A stretch of DNA of 64,000 bases from Lepidodermella squamata (GCA_047495785.1 JBLDXI010000007.1:310001-374000); one strand, 5' to 3'. Positions 11,402-24,670 are shown, numbered from the stretch's first letter. The notes: generated by a model not told the origin, from the sequence alone. Made by a program: numbers and translations.

Positions 11402-13822
11402 ATGGCAATCTCAAATTTTTGTATCATAATATTTCTAGCCGCAATTTCGCAGCACAAAACGGATGGTGAGAGTATCCTTATTTTTCCGAATCAATTTTAA
11501 AACTAAGCATCTTAGGAGCTCTTTGCGGTTTGAACAGCACCAGTCTGGTTCCAAACACCCCAGGATTCTTCAATACACCAGCTTCAAGCTATCCTTCAGT
11601 TGAAGCTGGTTTACAAGTATACTATTTTTTGTATGATTTTCCTCTACTTTATTTTCATTTTCCCTTCAGATCTTACAAAATCTTAAAATTAACTGCTCAG
11701 GTAAAATAATGAGATTTTCCGTTTTACGAGGCTAATTTATTTGTATCGGAAGGTCTGCTTACGAAATGGAAATTTATCGCAAAACAGCCGAATATCGTCG
11801 GACTTCACCTTGCCGTTTTCCGAAGTTTGCGATCAACCCATATGAAATTGGTTGCAGAGAGTGTTTTCGATAATGTGCCGTCTGGAATAAGTGATGGATC
11901 CCCAGCCTGGGTGACCTTGAACGCCGTTCCTCCCCTACTAGTCGAACAAGGCGACGTTTTAGGTCTATTTTACGAAAATATAGCCATCCCAAGTCGCCAA
12001 CTGACTGTTCCGTCCTCTTCTCCTAACGGAAACCGCGCCATTGTCCTACTTATGGACAACAGCCAGCTTGAAAATAACAGTTAGTGCGCAATTAAAAATT
12101 TGAAAAATTAAAAAAAAATCAATTAAAATTTTAGAGATTATCCCGATTTCGACGGCGATAATAGTCAGTCGCACGGTTGCCCTGGGTGCCGTAATTGAAA
12201 CTGACAATGACGCATACGTGACAGCTGCCCCTGGCTCGTGCTCATCAGTTCGAAATTATTCGGTTCCTGAGTCATTTCGAGAGCTGCCACCTCAAAGCTA
12301 CCCGTTCTCCGAGGCAGGTCTGCAAGTTTTCGCAAACCTAGAGATTCCTTGCAATGGTACGATTTTAATCTAAATTTATCAAGACAACTGATTTTATGTA
12401 TTAAGGCTTCATAACTCAATGGCGATTTCTTGCAAAACCGCCCGTCATTTTCGGGCTCCATTTAGCTGTTTTCCGAAAACGGGGCATAAGTTCGCTCGAT
12501 CTAGTTGGTCAAACTTATATCGATTCGAAGTTGACTGGAGCTAGCGCTGGGTCGGTATGGATGAATTATAAAGCTGATCGACCAATTCCAGTGAGAAGGG
12601 GCGATTGGCTAGGTAATATTTTTTTAAATAAAGTAGCGAAATTATAGAGAAATTATTATAAAACAGGAATTTTTTACGACAAATTTACGACAAAAGATAT
12701 GGTTGTAGTAGTTCCCAGCCGAGTTTCCGACGAGTCACTCCTAGAAAACGGCCTCACTTACGTCTATGTTGGCGATCGAAGTTCCGTTAATAACACTGGT
12801 AATTTTTCGTCCGTGTAATTTCACCCAGCTTAATTATTTCTTAGCATTACTAATTTCAAACGCATTGAGAGTTGATCGAGTACCAGCGCTTTCTGTGGTG
12901 GTCACTGATATTTCGGATCTGCAAGCAGGACCTACGACTTTCGGACCAGATGAGTGTCTAACGGACAACCCTGTCCCACCTGAATATTACCCGAATCTTC
13001 CGCCCTCAAGCCAATATGACCAATATCAGTCTGGACTTCAGGTTTGGTTTCTTTACGAATAGCCAAATGACCGATTATTTTTGCTTCTCAGATCTTCACC
13101 TACATGAAAATCCCATGCAATGGCACGTTGACTTGTAAAATGTCCTAATTCAGCTTTCATCCAATAATTTAATAGGTCAAATTACGCAGTGGAGCTTTGT
13201 CAGCAAGTCGAGAGTTGTTTACGGGTTGAATTTAGCAGTTTTTCGACTCGATTCTTATGACCCGGTTTTCGAACTGGTCAGCTCGACCTCGCTGACCTTC
13301 TACCCGGCAGACGCCGATCCTGTAACAAGACCGTGGATTTCTCGAGCCGTGAATCCTCCAGTCGACGTGAAAGCCGGGGATGTCATCGGTATAAATTTCA
13401 TCTCAAAAAAATGGTTTATACCAGAATTTCGACATAGGAATGTTCTACGACCGATTCCAAATGACCGATGAGTTTTTGACCATTCCAAGTACCGATCAGA
13501 CTAAAGTCCTCCAGGGTAGGACTGAACCCACCCTGGTGTGGCTGATTGACAGTGAACAGTTGAAAGGGAAAGGTTAGCTTCGGACCAACTTTTGATTCCC
13601 TCATCTAACGATTTTTTCCTAGCTTTTATCGACAGAAGGGAATCGCTGTCTGGAAATCGAGCTGCTGCGCTACGGGCGATGGTCAAATGTCCGGCGAAAT
13701 GCGGGCAAGCTGATGGCCAAGATACAACTACGGCAAGCGATTCGATCTGGGTGGGAGAGCCACTGACCGACATGCCGGTTGTTATTAATAACGACGACAC
13801 GCCAGTTGATGGAAGAAAATGA
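11402..13822 (+). CDS. G4: secreted protein; 3x domain X, short acidic tail, no Kunitz; tandem paralog of G3
   Basis: MAISNFCIIIFLAAISQHKTDG|gtgag. Domains collinear with G3 (PPVIFGLHLAVFRKRG; FVSKSRVVYGL); GC-AG intron 13123-13175; ends ..DDTPVDGRK*. Confidence 0.85.
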
Positions 13823-15007
13823 GCGATTGACCTTGATAATGGACTATTTTTTGTTGCTTGTATTTTCGTAAAATTTTTGGCTCGCCTCTTCATCCTCTAT
13901 ACGTATGGTATGGCAATTTGGTCGGATTAAATTAATTTATATGGTAGGCTCGAGACGTCGCTAAAGCACGCGGCAAGGTCATGTCAAATTAGGGCTCCGT
14001 AATGAATTGTAATAATTTTTTTTAACATGGGAGAGCCCAGTTGTTTTGCGCTTATAGGCAAACATGTGTAATTGGACCGGCCTAATGCTCCCGAATCGCT
14101 AATTACGTATGCGGCTTACGGCCTTTCGTGAGCTTAGGCAATCGCGGAGAGCGGCATTTGGCTGCCGTTTGTTTGTAATAACGTATGTAGTGGCAGTTAT
14201 TTTGATACTTGAAGAGCCACCTTAATATCAAGAAGCTAACACGCATAGGTGAGTGTTGACGCGGCCTCAGCATGCGTGCACTTCTGGAGTTTTTGCCGCG
14301 CTGTGATATAAGGGCGACGCGAGGCGAGGCTGTCATTATCATGAAAACATACGGCTCCATACACGATGGCTCATATAACAAAAAAATTACGCAAGCCCAG
14401 CGCAACTATATAGGAATAAATAAAATATATCATATTACGTGAATCGCGAACAAGACATTATATTAGACGAAACAACAAGCGCGTAATAGTATAGTGGCCA
14501 GCAGCTTTACGGCCACGAGGCGTTTATTATAATCATTAATAAATAAATAAAAAGATTTAAAAGCCTCACCGACTGACCATTTGTAATACAGGCGTGATAA
14601 GTTGCATCTTCATTTTTATATTATTAATATTGCGCTAATTACAAAAAAACTAGCTAGACAACATGGTCAAATGTTAAGTTGACGTTTGACACGACGCGAT
14701 GGCCGCTGTTAATGACTACAGAGGCGTTCAAGAAAAAAAGATATTATAGCCTGACACCGCTATAACAGAAATGAATATTCTGAAGTGTTAATTGTTTTCT
14801 TCTATATCATACTTGTCCATGTTGTTAATAATCATCGCATCTCTCCCACGTTTGCACCCATAACGTTTATATTTTCCTATTATTATAGGGAGTGGCTAAT
14901 TATATTACTGGTTAATTGATGTCAATGATATTATTCAAAATCTCAGTACTATTTGCGACGTTAGCCGTCGGCTCGTCTCAAGGTTGTTGAATCAATTAGT
15001 AGCGAAA

Positions 15008-17038
15008 ATGAGTCTCTTAATGACGCTTGTTTTATTTACTCTGTTTACGCATCAATCTCACGCAGACGACTTTTGCGAAGTAACTCGCCCATTCACAATC
15101 CCGCCCGATTTCCAACCAGCGCCTACTGAGGAATTCCCGTTCCTCGAAGCTGGCCTTCAAGTGAGTCGCAGCCATTCAAAACAACGCTGAAATAAAATGT
15201 TCGCTTATTTAGATTTTCACCGATTTGAGGATCCCATGTGACGGCTACCTTAAGGAATGGAGGTTCCTTAGCAAGAATAGCCTTATTATGGGCATGCATC
15301 TGGGCATCTTCCGCGAGGTGAGACGCGGCGAGCGGGTCAATATGAGACTCGTCGCCGAGACCATCATTGAGTCACTCTACGTCAACCGGACAACGCGTTG
15401 GCAGCGTTACCTCGTCGACCCACCTCTGCCTGTTAAGGCGGGCGATATTCTCGGTATGCCCATCAACCGAATCTGGGACATTTGTTAATTTTGGTTGATA
15501 TTATATAGGAATGTTTTACGACAGTTTTTACACCCTGCAAGACATGCTTGCAATTCCGAGTAAAGGAAATCGCAATTATTACGAGCCGAAAGTTGGAAAT
15601 GCCATACCGCCCAGTATTGTCCTAACATTCGACAACACGCAGCTATCACGCTTCAGTCAGTTGAAGATATCGCACCTGAAAATTTTACTAAGCTGAAATT
15701 TCCATTTCTAGAGGAATTTAACGTCGCTGGGGTGCATAGAGACTACCGTGTACCCGCGCTTACAGCCATGGTTGTTTCGAACGGCCTTAGGGTGGAACAG
15801 GTCACGCAGACAACGATTCGCTCCGTTGAGTTGGACTCAAACACCCTGCCGCCATGGCAAGCGACAATTAGCGGAAATGTCGCGGTTAACAATGACGTGC
15901 AACCGGCTCCAGTTGCGACTCGTCGCCAGCGATCCACGACTACTACCATTACGCCGATTGCTCCTTTAGTGCCGGTTCATCTTAATGATATTGCCACTAA
16001 TCAGGCGGCTGCTAATCAGGCAGCAGCTCAAGCTGCAGCTCAGGCCCAGGCCCAGGCTCAAGCTCAGGCTCAGGCCCAAGCACAAGCTCAAGCTCAAGCT
16101 GCGCAACAGGCAGCTGCTCAAGCTCCGCCCCCGCAACCCGTTAGACCAGTCCCTGCCCCCGCCCCAGCCCGGCCAGTTCCCATGCAACAGCAACAGCCAG
16201 CGAGGCAGCAGGAGCAATATTTCTCCCCACGTGAATTTACTAAAAATTACTAAAATTTAACACCAATTTTTTCGGAAATAGGTTGCTTCAACCCACCCAC
16301 AGCGTTGCAGTCCTGCTACTCTCCATCAGTTCGAGCCTTTTTCGATTACAACACTGGGTCTTGTAAAACATTTTACGGCTGCGACTCGCCTGTTAACGAT
16401 CCTAATAACTTCGCATCTTCCGATGAATGCAACAGGGCTTGTTTGCTCATGGTCCCTTACATTCCTAATATCTCTGGCCTCCGCGCTACAACCCAGTCTC
16501 CATTCAGCTTCGACATGCCTGAAATTAGTAATTTTTTCTTGGTTTTTTTTATAATTTTTCAAATTTTAAATTCGAATTTAGGTGTATCAAACTTCTTGCA
16601 ACCAAGCAATACAAATAATTTCCTACCTCAAGCAACGAATTCTCAATCTCAAGCCGCCTTATTTCCTCAACTAAGTCGAAGCACAAGCATCCCATCTTAC
16701 TGTTTCGACGCCCCGAGTTCGCTAGTTTCCTGCTCGAACATCGGCCCGCGTTACTACTACGAATCTTCAGCCGGAGCTTGCTACTCATTCTACGGCTGCT
16801 CGCTCGGCGAAAGACAGGGCAATAACTTCGATACCGTTGAGCAGTGCCAACAGGTGTGCCGCGTCTCCAACCCGCCCGTCCCAAGACAGGCGCCGGCCAA
16901 CACCCCACCGCCGACTACAACCACGACCACAACAACGACAACAACAACAACAACACCTCAGCCGATTGCGCAGTTCATGAACCCATTCTCGTTATTTATG
17001 CCGAACGGCTTCGGCCAAAACCAGGGGTACCTCCAACC

Positions 17039-17070
<32 letters not shown>

Positions 17071-17264
17071 AGCCGTTACAGCAGGTGGAAGCAAGGCCGC
17101 GGACGAGTCTTCGAATGCAACAGCAACCTCTTAGCAACAATGGATACCTCAGTTTAGACAACCAGCCTAATATGTTCAATAACTTTGCGAGTTTTCTCGC
17201 TCCTGGCATGCCTCGTTCTGTTGGCGTGTTGCCAAATAACCTCAATCAAGGATCAAAAAAGTAA
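15008..17264 (+). CDS. G5: secreted protein; 1x domain X, Ala/Gln repeat, 2 variant Kunitz domains, poly-Thr, poly-Gln and N/F-rich tail
   Basis: MSLLMTLVLFTLFTHQSHA..FPFLEAGLQ|IF..IPCDGYLKEWRF..MHLGIFR; Kunitz CKTFYGC and CYSFYGC; an in-frame-looking intron (~16529-16581) is hidden inside ORF 16305-17264. Confidence 0.85.
16002..16123 (+). repeat. Coding low-complexity repeat (QAAA)n/(AQ)n in G5
   Basis: [39 protein letters not shown], with synonymous variation among codons. Confidence 0.9.
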
Positions 17265-17974
17265 TGAAAGTCGTCTAGCCCATTATCACAACTCATGCCT
17301 CATTTGATAAATATTTACCGCATTATTGCTATCTAGAATTCGAGCATCTTCTAGACAACAAAACGTTGTTTGTAAATGATTTCTTTTGTCAGTTTAGAAG
17401 AGCTTTGTTAAATAGATCACTGTATTATAGCGTGCTTGAAAAAAACCGGTTCATTGAAATGCAAGCCATATATCTTATATATACATTCGTACCTTGTAAA
17501 GTCGTGCGCACTCGATTTTATCACAGAAATATTAATTTATTTTTTCGTTGTTTATTTTTTTGTTAGTGTGTAACAATTTTTCCCATTCTCTCTGCACTAC
17601 TACGTGAGGAGGTATATGATGAGTGGTTGCGCAATTAAAAAGCGATGATGTATAAAAATGTGCATGCTAATTGAAACAAACGTGCGACATCATCGCGTGT
17701 AAAATTTATTTTTAATAAAGCGATGCTCGATTATAATATATAAGTATATTGACAAGTTTGTTTATATACGCGTACAAAAAAATAGTCTCACACCAGGTGT
17801 AACCGCATATCATCTCAGTGCGAACTCGTTATGGAGATTATAGCGCAACACAAGTATGGAACGTGGCCAACAAGCCTCTTAGATGACAACTAATTAATTT
17901 CCCCATCCGCCGCCTCAAAAGGATAGCTCATCATTTCCTTTTTAAAACGACCGCGTAAACATTTAGCATTGTCC

Positions 17975-19039
17975 ATGGGGTCCTATCACTGCCTGTTACT
18001 CTCGATAATTTCAGCACTCAGTATCCATGTTGAAGGTATGATTCATCCATAATTTCGACCAGCCTCTGATTTTCCCGTATTATAGCCAACACCTGTGTTG
18101 GAAATTCTGAGGAGGTCCCGTCTGACATGAACAAATACGATAACGAGTATCCTTTCGCTGAGGGTGGCCTGCAGATTTTTACGAATTTAGTAGTACCTTG
18201 CGATGGGCAGATAACGAGTTGGCAGTTCTATGCCGGCAAAGACTTTGTGATTCAGCTGCATCTCGCAGTTTTCCGCCTCGCTAACGGATATTCAACTAGA
18301 ACTTACAAGCAGATAGGCGAGACTTATATCGACGTTTTCAAAGCTGGAGCTGCGAGAGATGTGACTGGATGGGCGACTTACCCGGCTAGTACCCCGATTC
18401 AAGTCAAACTGGGAGACGTGATTGGTATGGCGAAACGTCTCAGATTTTTTCAATTTAAAACAAATTTTTCCCAGGCATGTATTATGAAGCTGAAAGTAGG
18501 CTTCACAACCAGTTTATCATGAGTAGGAAAGCCGAGACTGTGATAGCTCCGACTTACGTCTTACTTATGGATGGGCCGACCCTCCGCAAAAAAAATAGTA
18601 AGGTCATCAATTTGTTCGTGGAATTTATGGAATTTAACGTTTTCCTATAGTGATCGTCGAAACGTCTAGAAGCGCAAGTATTGAAGGCCGAATTCCAGGT
18701 CTGACCTTTACCGTCAACTCAACTGAGCCGCAGATCGAACCTGTCAACTTCAAGGCTCCTGATTCGGACGAAAAACTTCAGCGCAAAAACACGGAGGCAA
18801 CTACTAAGAATGTAACTACGACTCCGACGACGACTAAAAAATCGACAACTCCTACGACAAAATTCCAGTGGAGATATGTTGAGTCGGATCTTGTTACCAC
18901 CACAGCACGGCCTGAAGCCGTTGTAGAGCAACGCGAGTTGTTTCCGTTGCTATTCTGGCCGCAGATAGGAGGATCTCCGAATAATTTTATGGGATCCAAT
19001 CCTATTGGCGAATTTCCGCTATTTCGCTCTAACAAATAA
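17975..19039 (+). CDS. G6: secreted protein; 1x domain X + Thr/Lys-rich tail, no Cys-rich C-terminal module
   Basis: MGSYHCLLLSIISALSIHVE|; YPFAEGGLQIFTNLVVPCDGQITSWQF..LHLAVFR..VKLGDVIG; final RIPGL strand; all junctions keep frame. Confidence 0.85.
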
Positions 19040-20971
19040 ACAAAAATTACATAATCGTTTACTAAACGCTAATTAAAATAACTGCTGCCTCATTTATATT
19101 ATAGATTTGTGATCAAATAAAAATTTGACGACATTAATGATGTTGATGGAATTGTATCGAAACCGCACACTTTCGGAAAATGTTTTGGAAAATTTAGAAA
19201 TTGGAAAATGTAACCCTTTGCCTTAGAAATTCAGCTTATCAATTTTTATAGCATTTTTCAGCCAAAATGTCGAAAACCTAGGGGGAAGGCCTAATTATTT
19301 TCAGAAAACTTCTGAATTCTAGTGGGTACGCGCCCCCCCCCCCCCACAGTCTACCTGATCATCGATTGGCAAAATAATAAGTTTCGAACTTTAGATTTCT
19401 TAGGCTTGTGTGCAGATTTCCTTCCCTTTCGCAGATTCTTTAAAAATTGGCTTTCCAGCTCGCCCGCGAGCATGAGGACATTTTATTCTCGGCAAATAAT
19501 GAACCCATGCATTTAGGGCAGCCGGCCGATCACCTAGACCTTGGCCAGACACATGGATCAGCGAGCAATCTGAACTACCTTGCAATCGGGCGCAGTCTTA
19601 AAATCGCAGAAATCCGCCACGCTGCATGCTTCTAAAACCCCAACCCCGCATCCGATCCGGGATTAAAACCAGGCGCATGTCCACGGTTTTATTTTGTTCA
19701 GGGAAGGAAATTAGGCAGACTATTAGAATTCACCCAAACCTCGCGGAAACTGGGTTTCTTTCGATCTTGCTACTAAAGGTAGTCAGTAAATAGACAGATA
19801 ATGATGTCATGGATAATGATGGTAAGTAAGCACATATCATTATCCCAACATTGTCCCAACACAGTCGCAACACAGTCCAAGAGCGAAGCCCGGGTTATCC
19901 GACCAGCCTCGAACCGTGGAAAGCTCTGGGCCTGGTTTGGATTGCCTGTATGACAGATTTAAATAGGCTTTTCCAATTGACAGTTTGTAAGAAAATATTC
20001 AAAAAAAACTAGGGGAGAGCGTACAATGTCTTTTTGACCTTATCGTTGTTGTTTAAAAATGCACTTATCAGCACGAGTTATTTGTCTTTAGGAATTAATT
20101 AATGACGTATATCTCGACATCACCTACTAAATTAGGAACTTTTCTCTCAATTTATAACACGATGTCGATATAAATGAAAGAAAATTTACTAATTTAGTAA
20201 TTGACGTCGGAATAAATACGTGCAAATAAATTATTTCTAATGACAAATTACTCGTGAATTTGCATAATTTTTTAAATGCGTAAAACAAAAAATCTCAAGT
20301 CGAGCAAATGATGGTTATTTACTGTGTTATTTGTGCTTAGCAAACATACCTTGTTGACAAAAATTAATTTCTTCGGCAGCCTCTTATACCGCGAGGATAT
20401 CAAAGACTATAGTCGGCATTGGAAATAAGGTTAACTATTTTAATTTACTGCTCAACGCGCCGGTCTGCATCTGGTACATAGAGATATAGACAGAGTTGAA
20501 GAAGTACTTCTACTCTATTCTTAATTTTCGCGTTCCATTGTGCGAAAAGCAAACAAAAGTTATCCTGGATATGTTCCCTAGCAAAAGCGCTATATTATGC
20601 GCAATGTCATTCGATTGAAAAACTGGTTTCATTACGTTTAATACCTTTAGTTTAGCTTAACACGTTTTAGACGAATTTTTATATAAAAACGGAACAATGC
20701 TCTTTTTATTCCTTCCATTTTGCAAACGCTGCGCAATGGCAAATGGGGGCTCTTCATGCTCGAATATCTCCTCATTGTGCCCTATCTCTACTCATTAAAT
20801 TCTGGGATTAAATACATAAGCCTAGGGATCATTTCTATCTTAAATGAGCATTTAATATTTTTGTTCGCCTCATATTTTTTATTTTTTGCTTTGCCATGCA
20901 ACATGTGACAGTTATTAGCGAAACCATTCGATAATATGAAATTTCGAATGGGGTGGGATGGGCGCGGAGCG

Positions 20972-22203
20972 ATGAGTCATTTAGGATTGGCGATTCTCAT
21001 TTTTGGTCTCATTTTCACTACGGCATTGCCAACGAAAACCCGGAGAAATCGCAGGATTATGCTCAAGCAGGCTGTTGTCAGCGACGACAAATGCCAGTCT
21101 GTGCCAGTAAAAATTCCTGACTCAATTAACCCATCAGATCCTTTTCCCTACGTCGAATCTGGCCTGCAAATTTTTTTACACCTCCAAGTACCCTGCGACG
21201 GTAAAAATTGGCAAAACGAACTACACTTAAACTAATTGTTTTGATTGAAGGAACGATAACTCGATGGATTGTTTATCCGAAAGCTGGATTCATCATCCAG
21301 CTGCATCTGGCCGTTTTCCGCCAAACCGGCGCGACGACATATCAGCAAGTCGGGGAGACTTTTATCGACGTTTTAAAAACCAATTCGCCAGATGATGCTC
21401 TCGGTGAAACAGTCGTAAATACTAGCCCGATAGCGGTGAAACGCGGCGATTATCTGGGTTAGAAAATTTCAAGTTTTTTATTGATAAATTGATTTTTTCC
21501 GATTAACAGCCATGTATTACGGAAATTTGAAACGAAAAATTGGCCCGTGCGCGGCGATACCGAGTAAGAAATACTTTTCACCGAGACCGGATGTCCCTCT
21601 TCCAACGCTAATTTGGTTCAAAGACGCATTCGACCTAATGAATGAAGCCTGTTGGTGGACAAAAATTATTAAAAATTATTGGCTAATTTTCCGGTTTTTC
21701 CTAGATACTGTTGACACAGTTTACGCGTCGAGGGAATACAGGATTCCAGCATTTATTGCGATAATCGATAATATTGTCACCAGTACAACGACGGTGACAG
21801 GTATAGATTGACATCAAATTTAGCCAAGTCTGGATCCTTTTCAATGAATATTCCTAAGCCTGAATTCTCTTGAATTTCAATAGTTCCGACCACGCCATCA
21901 ACAACTCCAACCACGACTACAACAACCACGACACGGGCACCTCCTGTCCCCAGCTCCACCACAACGCAATCCAAGATAACAAGCTCGGCCAAACCAATAA
22001 GCACAAAGCCACCGGTCGTTCCAAATTACGTATCTACACAGAAAGATTACGGTCCTATTGCGTTTGTCAATGGCCAAGGCTATTTCATTACCCCTCAAAT
22101 ACCGAAACTCCAGTTGCGGTATGTTCCCTATCGGCGCGACCCCTTCGAATTTGCCCCAAAATCAGGCTACCCGCCACCAAAAGAGGCACGTATATTTTGG
22201 TGA
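20972..22203 (+). CDS. G7: secreted protein; basic propeptide-like segment, 1x domain X, Thr-rich tail
   Basis: MSHLGLAILIFGLIFTTALP-TKTRRNRR (upstream in-frame ATG 20936 also possible); FPYVESGLQIFLHLQVPCDG; last exon ends ..PKEARIFW* (TGA 22201-22203). Confidence 0.8.
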
Positions 22204-23328
22204 CTTGACGATGATATTATGAAGAAGCAAGCATATTATTTTTGTATAATAAAACTATCGCAAATCAGTCAATATGTAGGTAATTAAACCCCGGTAAAAC
22301 TAAGTGCGTCACTGAATTTTTTTTAAAATTCCTATTACCGAGCAAACTACCGAGTCGTTTTATAATTCGGCCAACAGTGCAAACCCGGCACTTCAGGGAC
22401 TTTCGGAATTTTCAGCATTGCCAATTATGAATCGATCAACATATCGACTTCTCCAGCTCGATTGATTTTATCGTTTTTTCAAAGCTGTCAGGTGGCCCCA
22501 AACGGCCTATGATTTTAAAGGCTATTTAAGCTTTTTCTTGTATTCTCGCAGATGACTGGAGCAAGGTAAGTAACTACTGTAACGCAGTCCTATTTCGGAC
22601 AGGGTAATTTCGGACACTTTTGGCTTTGAGCGTGAGTTTCTCCATAACCCTGGTAGATAGAAATATACCGTTCAAAATGCAGGAGATAGCCCAGAGTCTT
22701 GTCTTTCAACCTCACTTCAAATGAAACATGAGAAACGGATTTGTTTAAGAAGAATGGTTGCACTTCTTCGCAGGTGAGCGCCGAGGTAAAAAATTGCTAA
22801 CTTTTTCAAATGGCAGTATTTTTTGCCGGATAAAAGCGCAAAAGAAAGAGCGCATCGAATTCAGTTAGGCTGGCGTGTTTGGAACACATTTATACCAGAC
22901 ATTTTGCCTGAAATTCCGCCAGAAAAACCGATATACCCCGGCTTATTTCGGACAGCCTCCAACTACATAGAATTCAATCGACCTTGACAGCTTTTAAACT
23001 TTAATAATATTTTAGTGAGAATAGCAATACTAGATAAAGAGAAATAAATACTAGATTTCGCAGTCTATCGAATGAGCTCAGGTATACCTTGTAGGCTCGC
23101 ATGATTAATTTTCTAGCATTTGTAGAAAAGAGCCATTTTTGGAGATTTTCGGCAAATTTGCCATTCTTCTGCCGCGATTGGCTCATTCGATTGACCAATC
23201 AACGTGGGCAATAGAAATAGACTTTCAAGTGGTTCCATAATGATCCCGTTTGTCACAGAGCGGAAAGAAACAGCGGTTGAAAACCGACAAATAAAAGCCA
23301 GAGTAAAACCTACTAACACAGCTGGCTG

Positions 23329-23591
23329 ATACACGAATCCCAAGTGGCCAATTGCCCGCCCACTGCCTTCATGCTGACAGTAAATAAGTTGCTGCATCAT
23401 GTCATCATGCTGCAACATGAACTAAATTGATGTAACTTGGAGCATTGATGCCTGCTAATTACCCTATTTTGTTATAGGCACACACTATCACGATGATTAA
23501 CCTAACGACTGTCGCAGTTTTAGCGCTGGTTCCATGCCTTGTGGCTGGTGAGTTGCTTTACAAAATAAATCGCAATGAATTGCAACATTGA
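23329..23591 (+). repeat. Near-identical duplicate of G9 upstream region + exon 1 + start of intron 1 (27966-28257)
   Basis: ATACACGAATCCCAAGTGGCCAATTG...GCAATGAATTGCAACATTGA at both loci; the G9 copy has a short extra internal segment. Confidence 0.95.
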
Positions 23592-24670
23592 TAATCAAGA
23601 TCCGCTATCTGATTATTACGAGGCTGATACGGCTGATACGACAATGTCTCCATCGAGCGGGTTTCATGAAAGCCGCTCGACGCAGATATTGTCCGTTTTT
23701 CCAGTTGAAATGGATATTGCACGCCAGGCGAAGGGCACTGTACTTCAAACTCCTCAGGCAACATTTGACCTGACAGCAGAAACAAATGAGTGTGCTTTCA
23801 ATGGCACATACGTTCCACCTGGTTATGAAATAGACATGCTTCAAAGTGTTTATGCTTCAAAGTATAAAATCGCGGAGGCGGGGCTTCAAATCTTTCGCGG
23901 CTTAGTCGTTAGTTGCGATGGTCAGTTTTTTAAATCTTCGATCGTCTAGTACCGTTTATACCATTTTAGGAATCCTCACGCAATGGCAGGTTATTTCTAA
24001 CAGTTATTTTTCTGTTTACCTAAGCTTTATTCCGTTTATTATCGGGTCAAACTTTTAAGATCAATTGATCATCGGGCTGCATTTGGCAGTTTTCCGAGAG
24101 CGGCACAATCAGTCGCTGGCCTTCGATATTGTCGGCGAATCTTACATTAATAACGTCACTTTGCCCGCGCACAGATTTCTGAATAGATTTCGGCTTTCCT
24201 ACAGCATTGCACCGCCACTCGCAGTTCAAAAAGGCGATCTTGTAGGTAGAAGACGCGAAAAAAAACCGAATTTTAACCACTACAACCAAGTTTTTTCTAG
24301 GCTATTATTACGACAACATTCAAACGCCATACAATTTGTTGACAATAGCTAGTGATATTTTGCCTGAGGAGACGATTCACCATCCTGACACTCCAGTGAC
24401 GTATGTTTTGCTCAAAGACTTCTCGTCAATTGACCGGAACGGTTCGGTTTTAAAACCCCGAAGATTCAATTTTTAAATTACTAAATTTTAGACCCCATCG
24501 ATGCATCCTTCGCATCCGTTCAATATCGAAAGCCTAGTCTTGCAGCTATTATCAGGCCGATAAGCCGAACAACAGGTGACCTATTCAGGGTATTATTGCC
24601 TCCTATTAACCAGATTGGCCTGACTTCAGCATTCGCTTTATTCGCACTATTTCATGAAGTAACTTACTGA
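23493..24670 (+). CDS. G8: chimeric array member (G9-derived promoter/signal exon + G11-derived domain X exons); 3' end uncertain, may be a young gene or pseudogene
   Basis: Exon 1 MINLTTVAVLALVPCLVA differs from G9 exon 1 by one nucleotide; the body aligns with G11 including introns; frame is open to TGA 24668-24670; alternatively spliced at ~24575 to an exon at ~25068-25290. Confidence 0.65.

Noticed and set aside
19100-20900. 1.8-kb gap with short ORFs (19322-19635, 20720-20908) that might hide another gene
   Set aside because: No family motifs, signal exon or consistent splice chain found.
22576-22960. Possible DNA-transposon fragment with repeated ATTTCGGACA motifs
   Set aside because: No matching opposite terminus, target-site duplication or second copy in the window; cannot be supported without a repeat library.
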